Assembly: GCA_963666985.2 (NCBI GenBank)
Contig: CAXXIA010000002.1
Span: 1,248,001 to 1,312,000, forward strand
DNA length: 64,000 bases
Direction: 5' to 3'
Source of the DNA: Spirochaetia bacterium
GTDB taxonomy: Bacteria; Spirochaetota; Spirochaetia; DSM-2461
Shown here: positions 49,327-58,543 of the stretch, one piece after another
Layout of the letters: each line of letters begins with the position of its first letter
Numbering within the stretch: position 1 is the first letter of the stretch
Translations under genes and position numbers: made by a program
The notes under the pieces: model-generated
What the model was told of the DNA's origin: nothing
Database searches by the model: none
What the model saw: only the letters and a program-made list of their open reading frames with translations

Positions 49327-49987
49327 AGTTCTCATCGTCGATGACCAGGAATTGATGCGCGACAGCCTGGGGATGCTGATTGATTCCGATCGGCGTTTTA
49401 CGGTCGCGGGCTTGGCGGACAACGGCAGGGATGCCATTACCATAGCAAGGAAAGAACGCCCGGAAATTGTTCTCATGGACATCAGGATGCCGGAAATCGA
49501 TGGCATTGAATGTCTGAAAGTAATAAAACAGGATATTCCCGGAATAAAAGTTATCATGCTGACCACTTTCGACAGCGATGAGAACATTTACCACGCCTTG
49601 AAGAACGGAGCCGACGGCTTCCTTCTGAAAGGGATTTCCAAGAAAGATCTGATCAACAGCATTATTACCGTTCGGGACGGCGGCGCCAGCATTGATCCGA
49701 AAACGGCGCAGCGGGTTTTTGAGATTTTCGAACGAATGGCCAAATCGATTCTGGTCGGTCAAGGCAGGGAAGGACTGGAGGAGCTCAGCCCCCATGAGCT
49801 CCGAATTATTCAGCTGATCGGCAGAGGGATGTCCAACAAGGAAATCATGAATGAAATCCACTTCTCGGAAGGAACAATCAGAAATTACATCAGCAATATC
49901 TTACGGAAACTCGACCTCAGAGACCGCACCCAGGTGGCGATATTCGCCATACAGTCGGGTATCATGCTGAAAAATTTTGACATATGA
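49316..49987 (+). CDS. NarL/LuxR family response regulator
   Basis: VDDQ, MDIRMP, LTTF, GMSNKEI, TIRNYISNILRKL. Confidence 0.95.
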   Translation: MSIKVLIVDDQELMRDSLGMLIDSDRRFTVAGLADNGRDAITIARKERPEIVLMDIRMPEIDGIECLKVIKQDIPGIKVIMLTTFDSDENIYHALKNGADGFLLKGISKKDLINSIITVRDGGASIDPKTAQRVFEIFERMAKSILVGQGREGLEELSPHELRIIQLIGRGMSNKEIMNEIHFSEGTIRNYISNILRKLDLRDRTQVAIFAIQSGIMLKNFDI

Positions 49988-51294
49988 AACGGCGTCGGAT
50001 TCTTCTTTTTTCGCTAATACTCCTCATCCTGGCGGGAGGAACCGGACTGATAATCGGGAAAATTCTTCCCCGTAAAAAAACCATCGTTTTTTCCCTTTAT
50101 TCCGGAAACAGCTGGAACGTACCGCAGAATTTCGTCTATGCGATTTACGACAAAGCCATCGAAATGTTTCATTCATTCCCGGAGAATCAGGATGTTCGGA
50201 TCGTCTTGAAAACCGGAACCATGCATAAGGATTATTCGGAATGGTTCGCCCAGCTCGTTCTGAAGGGAAGAGAACCCGATATTTTTCTCATTATTGAAGA
50301 AGATTTCAGTACCTATGCCTCCATCGGGCTTCTCGAACCTCTCGAACCCTACCTGGAAAACAAAGATTTTAATAAAGACGATTTCTATCTCAAGGCGCTG
50401 GAAGCAGGCCGATACAAAGGACGCCAATACTCTCTTCCCATCGCCATGGTGCCTTCCTTCATGATTGTCAACAGAAGTCTTCTGGCCGAAAAAGACATCG
50501 ATATCGACATGGATTCCTGGACATGGAGTCAATTCCGGGATATTTGTAGAGAACTCACGGAAGATTCCGATCGGGATGGAATCATCGATCGATTCGGAGT
50601 CCAAGGATACAACTGGCGTCATGCGTTTCACACGAACGACAAAGCACTGTTCGCCGATGACTCACCTGAGATTCGATTTCAGGACAGAAACATGGAAGAA
50701 GTCATCAATCACCTCAAAGAACTCCAGCACCTGAATCAAGGAATTGTTGTATCGGAAAAAGATTTTGCTCATGGGCATGTGGGATTCAAGATATTCAATC
50801 TCTCCGAATACAGAGCTTACGGAACCTATCCATACCGGATTATGAAATATGAGAATTTCGAATGGGATGCCATTCCTCTGCCCAAAGGACCGAGCGGGGT
50901 GAGTTCATCAAAACTTTATACCGTTCAGGTAGGCATGAGCTCCCGTTCCCGGAACAAAAAAATCGCTTCCGATTTCATCAAGTTCATGGCCGGTAATGAA
51001 GACTACCAGCTTGAGGTTTGGAAAGGAACAAACACCATGCCCGTGCTTAAAAGCGTCATGGGGACAATCTATGGAGATCAGGCACATCAAAATGAAGAAA
51101 CCAATATTCTCAACCGGCAGATATTGGAAGAAATTATTGAAAATTCCTATATCGATCCGAATTTCAAATCCTATTCTTATTACGACAAAATGATTGAGCA
51201 AAGGATTTTCCAAATCGTTGCTCAGGACTTGGATACAAAAACCGGTGTTAAAAGCCTTCGCCGGGAAATCGATCAGTGGACCCCCGGAACATAG
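49984..51294 (+). CDS. Extracellular solute-binding protein (family 1), membrane-anchored
   Basis: N-terminal TM, PDIF, LEPL, YSLP, WTW, LPKGP; DSDRDG Ca-type loop; ATGA-coupled to the regulator. Confidence 0.85.
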   Translation: MKRRRILLFSLILLILAGGTGLIIGKILPRKKTIVFSLYSGNSWNVPQNFVYAIYDKAIEMFHSFPENQDVRIVLKTGTMHKDYSEWFAQLVLKGREPDIFLIIEEDFSTYASIGLLEPLEPYLENKDFNKDDFYLKALEAGRYKGRQYSLPIAMVPSFMIVNRSLLAEKDIDIDMDSWTWSQFRDICRELTEDSDRDGIIDRFGVQGYNWRHAFHTNDKALFADDSPEIRFQDRNMEEVINHLKELQHLNQGIVVSEKDFAHGHVGFKIFNLSEYRAYGTYPYRIMKYENFEWDAIPLPKGPSGVSSSKLYTVQVGMSSRSRNKKIASDFIKFMAGNEDYQLEVWKGTNTMPVLKSVMGTIYGDQAHQNEETNILNRQILEEIIENSYIDPNFKSYSYYDKMIEQRIFQIVAQDLDTKTGVKSLRREIDQWTPGT

Positions 51295-51356
51295 ACGCTC
51301 ATCATAATCACTTCGGGTACGTTAATCCCGAGTCCAAAACGCCGGACGTATCTTTA

Positions 51357-52670
51357 TCAGTACGAATACCGGGCCCCGGCGGTGAACGCGATACCGTTGA
51401 ATTCGGAATCGGCCCAAAGGTACTCCGGATCGTCCGAAGGCCGCCCGGCGTAATACGGCCAATCGCCGCTTCGCTCCCGGGCGAAAAGAGATTCCTTCCC
51501 TCCGGCGTTCGCCACAACGGCGCCGATCAGCGTAAAGCCCTGAAACACGTCCCAGCTGAAGAGGGCCGTTATTTGAGCCGACGCATCCACGGGAGAAATC
51601 ACGGACATCAGGCCGAGCGACCAGGCCGAACGGATATTCATCGTTATTTCCGGATAAAGGAGAATCCCATAGCTTCCGGCCTCTCCGTCCAAATAATCCT
51701 GATAATCGGCCGCTCGCCAGGTTCCCCACGGCAGCAGGAGGGCTTCGAAGCGAAAAGACAGCGTGGAATCGTATCCCACGGCCGTCTGATGAAAGGCTCC
51801 CAGACTTAAGGCGAGGGTTTTGCGAACCTCATTCCAGCCGTCGCGGGAGAATCCCGCATCCGCGTCGTAACCCGCGGCAAGCGAAGCCGCGCCGTACAGA
51901 TCCGCGCCCGCATGTCCGTGAAAAGAGAAATACACCCGATGTCCCAGAAGATCCGAGAGAACCTTGGCGTCGCCCTTGTAGAGATAGCCGCCTTCCAATC
52001 GCCATCCGGCGATTCGGGTAAAAGCCCGCACTCCCCCGGAGGTATGGCTTATGGTCTGAAGCCCCGCTTCGTACGCTGAAGAATCGTAGAGCAGACCCGG
52101 CGGCAGAATCACGGCTTCAAGGTAACTGAAATCTCCCAGGGGAATGTTGGCCGCAAGAAGAAAGGCCGTATCGTCCCGCACGGAGGACCGAGTAAAATCA
52201 ACATTCGGGCTTGTGGAACCGAAAAGAATGTCTCCGGAATTAAAGATGAATCCGTTGCCCCAGGCCACCTTGGTTTTCCCGGCGGTAAGCCGCCAGGAAG
52301 GAAAATTGGCCTTAAACCAGAGCCGCTTCAAACTCACCGCCGATATCGATACGGAGGAATCGCCGCCGCTCAAATCCACGGGCTGGAACTCCAAGGCCGC
52401 CTCGGCGCGGATATTCGCGTTCCCGGACGACGCGAAGCGAAGATCGGCAAGGCCGGTGCCGGCGAAGTACCAATCCGATCTTCCCCTATAGGCCGCCGCG
52501 TAAATCTCCATGTTCGAACGAACTTCCGTGTCGCTCCATCCCGGAAGGGGAATCAGCAAATACACACTGAAAACGAAACAGGGAAACAGGCGCAACGCCG
52601 CTTTGTTCCAGCCATGCGGGCGGCGGCCGCGGTTAAAAAAGGGTGATGCTCCCGCGATCTTCTTTTCCAT
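51357..52670 (-). CDS. Putative outer-membrane beta-barrel protein
   Basis: Signal peptide, alternating aromatic strands, 'TAGK..VAWG.G..FN', C-terminal FTAGARYSY. Confidence 0.65.
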   Translation of the reverse strand: MEKKIAGASPFFNRGRRPHGWNKAALRLFPCFVFSVYLLIPLPGWSDTEVRSNMEIYAAAYRGRSDWYFAGTGLADLRFASSGNANIRAEAALEFQPVDLSGGDSSVSISAVSLKRLWFKANFPSWRLTAGKTKVAWGNGFIFNSGDILFGSTSPNVDFTRSSVRDDTAFLLAANIPLGDFSYLEAVILPPGLLYDSSAYEAGLQTISHTSGGVRAFTRIAGWRLEGGYLYKGDAKVLSDLLGHRVYFSFHGHAGADLYGAASLAAGYDADAGFSRDGWNEVRKTLALSLGAFHQTAVGYDSTLSFRFEALLLPWGTWRAADYQDYLDGEAGSYGILLYPEITMNIRSAWSLGLMSVISPVDASAQITALFSWDVFQGFTLIGAVVANAGGKESLFARERSGDWPYYAGRPSDDPEYLWADSEFNGIAFTAGARYSY

Positions 52671-53401
52671 CAGTAGAGCGACCGAAGCGTAAACAAATTT
52701 TCATCCAGTACGGGGTCCATTTCAACATTCACAACACGCATCGCCGTACTCGAACCCCTCCGCAGCTCATCTTTCATCACCATCCCGGCCAAAAGAATAC
52801 GGCCGTCGTCAAACCTCATCACGTCGGTTACATCGACGGTTTTTAAAAGCCGATCCGAACGGGCGTAGTATTCGGCCTCTTTAAGGTGGTAATCCTTCTT
52901 GCCAACCTTCACGATCTGCTTCGGATAGGCCACATCACGGCTTATCGCGATCATCTCGATAACCCAGCACTCCTCGCTGCCGAGTTTCTCGCTGCCGATG
53001 ATTTCCACATCGTACTTATCCAGCGTATCCGATCCATCGGTAAGATCTTCATAGGATATGTCGCCGAACAAAGACTGCTTCAGCGCCGAACCGTGCATGG
53101 GGATGATATCCTCGGCATCGGGGTAGAACAGGTAAAGCTCATCATCCACCCGAAGGACTTTCTGTCCCCGCTCTTCAACATTCGTGAATTCAATCAGAAA
53201 ATCCCGACTTCCCCGCGACCAGGATTTATAAGTACTCCGTTTTTCTCCGAAACGGTCCGTGGTAACCATTTCCCCCTCGACATACAGAGTATCGAATCGC
53301 TGCATGTCGTCCACTTTTTGGATAATCTCCTCAGCCGTCTGGGCGAAGACCGTTGCGGCCGCCGCCAGGCAGATCGTAACCATAATCCATTTCCTCATCA
53401 T
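52670..53401 (-). CDS. LolA-like outer membrane lipoprotein-sorting family protein
   Basis: Signal peptide; F....ERGQKVL, YLFYP, SLFGDISYED, F....L C-terminus. Confidence 0.85.
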   Translation of the reverse strand: MMRKWIMVTICLAAAATVFAQTAEEIIQKVDDMQRFDTLYVEGEMVTTDRFGEKRSTYKSWSRGSRDFLIEFTNVEERGQKVLRVDDELYLFYPDAEDIIPMHGSALKQSLFGDISYEDLTDGSDTLDKYDVEIIGSEKLGSEECWVIEMIAISRDVAYPKQIVKVGKKDYHLKEAEYYARSDRLLKTVDVTDVMRFDDGRILLAGMVMKDELRRGSSTAMRVVNVEMDPVLDENLFTLRSLY

Positions 53402-53606
53402 AAAATCCTACCTTTGGCCCCGAAAACTTAAAAAGCCGGCACCCGGTCCGCCGAGCTTTTCCGCCGCGCCTTTGCATGCCGCGCATGCCGGTCTCGTGCG
53501 TTCGATCCCGCCGGTTCGCGTCTGCGGGACGCGCCCGGAGGCGGTACGGCCGCAGTCCGAAGGCCCCCGGCCGGGACATCGGCCGGCGCGCTCTTCCCGC
53601 CTTAAT

Positions 53607-54848
53607 TCAAACATGACGCAGCGCTTCCACCGGCGTTACCCTCGCCGCGCGGCGGGAAGGCCACCAGGTTGCCAGAGCCGTAACAACAAGCGAGTAGAAA
53701 AACACCACCACTGTTGATTTGAAGTTGAGAATCGGATAAATCACGCTTCCGAATCCCATGGAATCCATTCCTTCCATCGCTTTGGTAAATCCCGTAAATC
53801 CCGCCGCCGCGAAATAAGCGGTCAAAGCGATTCCCGCCGCGATGCCCGCCAGGGCCCCGGCGATACTGATGAAGAGAGCTTCGAAAAAGAAGAGCCGCTC
53901 CAGCTGCCGTCCGGTCATGCCCATGGCTCCCAGCGTACCGATTTCGTTCATCCTCTCGAAAATCACCATGATGGTGGTATTGATAATCACCGTACTGGCC
54001 AGGAAGAAAAAAATGATGCCGATAACATCGTAGATGCCCGCGGCCAAATCCATTATGGCGGACATGCCGTTGATCTGTTTGTAATCCTTAACATTCAGCG
54101 GAACATCCGATTTCAGCTCTCCTTCCAGCCGGGCGGCAACGTTTTGGGGCGAATCAACATTCTTATCAACCTTGATGAGAATCTCCTGCACTTGGTCGGG
54201 AAGCCACAGCAGCTTCTGAACCGTGTCCAGCGGCACCTGCACCGTCATTTTTTCAATTCCGGAAACAGGCAGTTCAAGCAGACCCGTAACTTGATACGTT
54301 ACGGCCTTACTCCCTCTGGTTCCCGACTGAGAGAGGACGGTGAAGGATTCACCGATACCGATGCCGAGTTTCCGGGCCAGAGATCGGCCGATCAGAGCCT
54401 CGCGGGCCCCTTTCTCGGGCAGACGGCCTTCGGTAAGAGTCGTTTTATAATCCTGGTAGAAAGCTTCCCGATCGAAATCCACCCCAAGACCCAGCACGTT
54501 TACCTTCTCATCATTTTCCAGGGTAATGCGTCCGGGGAAATTGATCCGCGGGCTGATCGCCGTTACCGCGGGATCGGCCTCGATTTCCTCCACCAAATCC
54601 ATATAGCCGGGTATCGCCAGATGCATGGGATTCAGCCGTTCATACTTGTCGAATTCAGCATTCCGAATCCGAACGGCTCCGGTGATATAGGTCCAGAGAT
54701 TGTTTTCCATATCATTGAGCATTCCGGCCAAAAAACTGAAAAGGAATACCATGGCGAAACCTGCGACGGCGATGGCCGTACCCGAAAGCAGACTGCGGCG
54801 TTTATTTCTGGTGATGTTCCGCAAGGCAATTTTATAAAGTTTCATCAC
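53607..54848 (-). CDS. ABC permease, FtsX/LolE/MacB type
   Basis: ALRNI.RNKRRS, FERMNEIGTL.AMG, P.EALR. Confidence 0.92.
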   Translation of the reverse strand: MMKLYKIALRNITRNKRRSLLSGTAIAVAGFAMVFLFSFLAGMLNDMENNLWTYITGAVRIRNAEFDKYERLNPMHLAIPGYMDLVEEIEADPAVTAISPRINFPGRITLENDEKVNVLGLGVDFDREAFYQDYKTTLTEGRLPEKGAREALIGRSLARKLGIGIGESFTVLSQSGTRGSKAVTYQVTGLLELPVSGIEKMTVQVPLDTVQKLLWLPDQVQEILIKVDKNVDSPQNVAARLEGELKSDVPLNVKDYKQINGMSAIMDLAAGIYDVIGIIFFFLASTVIINTTIMVIFERMNEIGTLGAMGMTGRQLERLFFFEALFISIAGALAGIAAGIALTAYFAAAGFTGFTKAMEGMDSMGFGSVIYPILNFKSTVVVFFYSLVVTALATWWPSRRAARVTPVEALRHV

Positions 54849-54857
54849 AAAACCTCC

Positions 54858-56105
54858 TTACTGGAACCGGAGGCTGGCGGGTATATCCAGTCTCAAAACG
54901 CGATGCGTGGAAAACAGCGCCACGAAAACGGCGAGTCCCACTCCCAAAAGGAACGCGGTCAAAATACTTTGAACATCCCAAACACCGTACATCTGCCCCT
55001 GAATCCTGTAGCCGAAACTCGATTCCCGAAGCAGGAAGGAGTAATCAATTCCATATTTTGCCAGAGGCCAGTTGACCAAAGCTCCCAGTCCGACGCCGAT
55101 AAAACCGCCGAGCAGACCGATTCCCGCGGACTCCCAAAGGAACATCGCCCAAATCTGGATGTCCTTCATTCCCAGGGCGCGCATCATCCCGAGTTCCCGC
55201 ACCCGCTCATAAACGGCCATCAGCATCGTATTGGAAATCCCCACTCCAGCGATAATAAGAATCAGCATGATAATCATTCCGGTTCCCCCGGACTTCGCCT
55301 CGGAAATCGCGATGAAATCCGCTCCGAGAATCTCCCAGTTCAGCGCTTCCAGTCCCAACTTTTCGATTTGGGGAACCAGTCGGTCGAAGGCCGCATCGGC
55401 CCTCTTATCCCGACCGAAATTAACATTCACCTCGGTGACCGCGCCGTTCATTTCCAGAAATTCATCGGCCACCGACAGCGGCAGATACATCCCCGAACGG
55501 GTAACTTCCGGATTCGGACAATTGATAATCCCGACGATTTCCAAATCGAAAAGCTGCGGAAATCCGTCGATGGTTTCGGTTTCCACCAATACGGTCGATC
55601 CCACTTCCGCTCCGATATCCTCGGCGAGCCAATGGCCGATAACCAGTCCGTAATCGCCCTCTTTCAGCCATCGCCCTTCCACAATCCCGTCGGGCAGATT
55701 GAACACCTCACCGTCGGAAACCGGATCCACGGCGGTGAAAAAACCGGGCAAATCCCCGTCTTCGGGAAACGGATCTTTGTAGAAAATCAAATCCCCGGCA
55801 AAGCTAATCCTCGGCGCGAAGGCCGCGCCGGAGTCTTTCAGAACTTCCTGAACTGATGAGGGATTAAAAGACTTCTCCAGAGGCGCGTTCTCCCTCTCGT
55901 CCCAATAGCCGGGAACCATGATACGGCCCGAAGCGGTTTCATAAAGCCGAAGATTGATTTCCGACTCGGTATCGATTCCGATAAGCAGCGACCGGATAAC
56001 GATGAACATCATCAATCCGAAGGAAATGGCGCTCGCCGTAATGAGGGTTCGCTTTTTATAGCGGGCGAGATTCTTGAAAGCCATTCTCGGCAGATAGGTC
56101 ATCAC
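54858..56105 (-). CDS. ABC permease, FtsX/LolC/MacB type
   Basis: AFKNL.RYKKRT, NTMLMAVYERVRELG. Confidence 0.92.
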   Translation of the reverse strand: MMTYLPRMAFKNLARYKKRTLITASAISFGLMMFIVIRSLLIGIDTESEINLRLYETASGRIMVPGYWDERENAPLEKSFNPSSVQEVLKDSGAAFAPRISFAGDLIFYKDPFPEDGDLPGFFTAVDPVSDGEVFNLPDGIVEGRWLKEGDYGLVIGHWLAEDIGAEVGSTVLVETETIDGFPQLFDLEIVGIINCPNPEVTRSGMYLPLSVADEFLEMNGAVTEVNVNFGRDKRADAAFDRLVPQIEKLGLEALNWEILGADFIAISEAKSGGTGMIIMLILIIAGVGISNTMLMAVYERVRELGMMRALGMKDIQIWAMFLWESAGIGLLGGFIGVGLGALVNWPLAKYGIDYSFLLRESSFGYRIQGQMYGVWDVQSILTAFLLGVGLAVFVALFSTHRVLRLDIPASLRFQ

Positions 56106-56106
56106 G

Positions 56107-56784
56107 CTACCTCCGCTCGTCGCTCTGAATCTCGCCGTCGTGCAGCATCACCAGCCGGGAAGCATAATCCATAACCATCGAATCGTGCGTGGAGAAAACG
56201 AACGTACAGCCGTAGCGGTCGTTCATCTCTTTCATCAAATCCAGAACTTCCTTTCCGGTGCCCGAATCAAGATTCGCGGTGGGCTCGTCGGCCAGAACAA
56301 TCTGCGGATTTTTCACCAGAGCCCGGGCAATGGCCACACGCTGCTGCTGACCTCCGGAAAGTTTGGACGGTCGCCGATGCTCCATTCCTTCCAGCCCCAC
56401 TTCCTTAAGCATCTTCTCCGTCCGCTCCGCAACTTCCTTCTCGTCCACGCCCATAAGATTCAAACTAAACGCCACGTTTTCAAAAGCCGTGAGCACCGGA
56501 ATCAAGTTGTAGCTTTGGAAAACGAATCCCAGGTGATCCCGCCTGAAGGCGGCCTGACGGTTCCGGCTGTAATCCATCACCGATTCGCCGGAAATAACGA
56601 TTTCACCGGAATCCGCCGAATCGATGCAGCCGATAATGTTGAGCAGAGTCGTTTTCCCCGAACCCGACGGTCCGGCGATGGAAAGGAATTCCCCCTTCCC
56701 TATATCCAGGGACACGCCGCGAAGGGCCTTCACCTCCGTATCCCCGGCCGTGTACGTTTTGTACAAGCCCTTGATTGCGATCAT
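56107..56784 (-). CDS. ABC ATP-binding protein (LolD/MacB type)
   Basis: GPSGSGKTT, FQSYNL, LSGGQQQR, ADEPTANLD. Confidence 0.95.
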   Translation of the reverse strand: MIAIKGLYKTYTAGDTEVKALRGVSLDIGKGEFLSIAGPSGSGKTTLLNIIGCIDSADSGEIVISGESVMDYSRNRQAAFRRDHLGFVFQSYNLIPVLTAFENVAFSLNLMGVDEKEVAERTEKMLKEVGLEGMEHRRPSKLSGGQQQRVAIARALVKNPQIVLADEPTANLDSGTGKEVLDLMKEMNDRYGCTFVFSTHDSMVMDYASRLVMLHDGEIQSDERR

Positions 56785-58013
56785 CTTTCCTCCTCCCCCG
56801 GAGCACGCTCGGAATGCGGGCCGGACCGTTCGGATTCGGCGGCACCTTCCATGCCCGAAGGCATTTCCCTTTCGGCCGCGCCGCCTCCGGCGGCCTTCTT
56901 CACGGCTTCCGGCAGCACGTCCGGAACCGCTCCCGCCGCGGCCCCGTAGGATGCCGCACCGAACACCGGTCCCAGATTCATCGTTTCCAGCGCGGAGGAC
57001 GGCACCAGAACCAAACCGCCCTTATTCCGCATGCTCTCGTAAATCATGCTCATGGCCCGCAGACGAAGCGCCGTTGGATCGCCGCGGTACAGATTCGCCG
57101 CTTCGGCATATTTACTCGAAACGGCAACCTCGGCCTCTCCGAGAATCTCCCGGGATTTCTTTTCCCTTTCGGCCTGCGCCACTCGGCTTAAAGCATCCTC
57201 AAGCTCTTCGGGAACCAGGATTTCCTTGAATTCCACCGAAATAAGGGTGATGCCCCAGGGATTGGTCTTCTCATCAAGAATTCGCTGTAAATCCTCGCCG
57301 AGACGCTCCCGCTCGCAAAGCAGCGTTGTAAGAGTATTGCTCCCGATACAGGACCGCAGCGCGGTCTGGGCGCTTAAGGTAACCGCCTGCTGAAAATCCT
57401 GCACCTCAAGAACGGCTTTCATGGGGTCCCAGATCATCCAGAACGCCAATGCGTCAACATGAACCGGAACCGTATCGAGAGTCAGACTCTTCTCAGCGGA
57501 AAAATCGGACACACGGATTCGCGTATCGACATAACCGGCGACCGAATCGACCAAGGGTAAAAGGAAGATAATCCCGGGACCTCTCACGCGATGGAATTTT
57601 CCCAGCCTTAAGAGAACCGCCTTATCCCATTGATTAATCACCTCGAAACCGGGCGCGATCAGCAGTCCCGGAGTAATAACGGCCGCGAACAGAAAGAAAT
57701 TTCCCTCCAGCACCACCGGCGGAACGGCCCAGAGACACGCTATGGCGACGACAACCGTGGGCCAAAAGGGAAGAAACGCAATCACGGCCGCCGCTCCAAA
57801 AACCCCTCCGGCCAAATAGGCGATCGTTTTCGAATCCAGAAATCCCGATGATAACGCCTGCGCCGCAAGTCCCATCACCAGGAAAAGAACCAGGAACAGA
57901 GCGGAAACGGTATTAAACCGAAAATGTCCGCGATTTCGAACCATGGGCGGTTGATCATCGACAGCCCTCTCGCTCCGCGTCCAAGTTCGGGGCCCCGTAA
58001 TTTTCAACATCAC
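56781..58013 (-). CDS. SPFH/stomatin (slipin) family membrane protein with extra N-terminal TM segments
   Basis: LRLGK...GPG, DTR, AQTALR, T.PWGI, AQAEREK, AL.LR. Confidence 0.9.
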   Translation of the reverse strand: MMLKITGPRTWTRSERAVDDQPPMVRNRGHFRFNTVSALFLVLFLVMGLAAQALSSGFLDSKTIAYLAGGVFGAAAVIAFLPFWPTVVVAIACLWAVPPVVLEGNFFLFAAVITPGLLIAPGFEVINQWDKAVLLRLGKFHRVRGPGIIFLLPLVDSVAGYVDTRIRVSDFSAEKSLTLDTVPVHVDALAFWMIWDPMKAVLEVQDFQQAVTLSAQTALRSCIGSNTLTTLLCERERLGEDLQRILDEKTNPWGITLISVEFKEILVPEELEDALSRVAQAEREKKSREILGEAEVAVSSKYAEAANLYRGDPTALRLRAMSMIYESMRNKGGLVLVPSSALETMNLGPVFGAASYGAAAGAVPDVLPEAVKKAAGGGAAEREMPSGMEGAAESERSGPHSERAPGEEER

Positions 58014-58414
58014 ATTTCCTCCTTGAGGACCTTCAGATGTTCGATAACTTCGTCGATGACGAATCCGTACGATGAAGTATTGGCGATAAAGGAACGAACA
58101 AGCGAACGCAGAATATCCGAACGTTCTTCCTCGGTAAGTTCGATTTTCTTGTCGCTGATAAAGGTTCCGGTTCCCTGCTGAGTGTTCACGATTCCCCGAA
58201 TTTCCATCTCGTTATAAGCTCGAGCGACCGTATTCGGATTGATCTGTAAATCCACCGCGAGACTCCTTACCGTCGGCAGTTTCGATCCGCTTCGAACGCG
58301 TCCGTCGGCAACGGCCATTTCAACCTGCTTGATTATCTGCCTGTAGTACGGCACTCCGCTTGATTGATCGAGAAGGAATTCCAATTCATTCGCTGTTTTC
58401 TCCGCCGCCACCAT
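58010..58414 (-). CDS. GntR family (YtrA subfamily) transcriptional regulator
   Basis: 134 aa; PYYRQI, LPTVRSLA..L.INPNTVARAY, G.GTF; short helical C-domain. Confidence 0.93.
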   Translation of the reverse strand: MVAAEKTANELEFLLDQSSGVPYYRQIIKQVEMAVADGRVRSGSKLPTVRSLAVDLQINPNTVARAYNEMEIRGIVNTQQGTGTFISDKKIELTEEERSDILRSLVRSFIANTSSYGFVIDEVIEHLKVLKEEM

Positions 58415-58432
58415 TTCAACCTTTCTTCTTCA

Positions 58433-58454
58433 TTGTACTAATTTATTAGTACAA
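58433..58454. promoter_or_regulatory. Palindromic operator, probable YtrA-type autoregulatory site
   Basis: TTGTACTAAT-TT-ATTAGTACAA, perfect 10-bp arms, 19 bp upstream of the GntR start. Confidence 0.8.
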
Positions 58455-58543
58455 CATTATTATAGTACTTTGTTTCAATAGATCAAGCGTAAACCGAATA
58501 TTTTCATTTCTCTTTTCCGCCGTCTTTCTCCGCGAGGAGCGCC

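Noticed and set aside
54144..55856. 570-aa plus-strand ORF antisense to two permeases
   Set aside because: Long, but has typical antisense composition (His/Gln/Arg-rich) and no domain signature.
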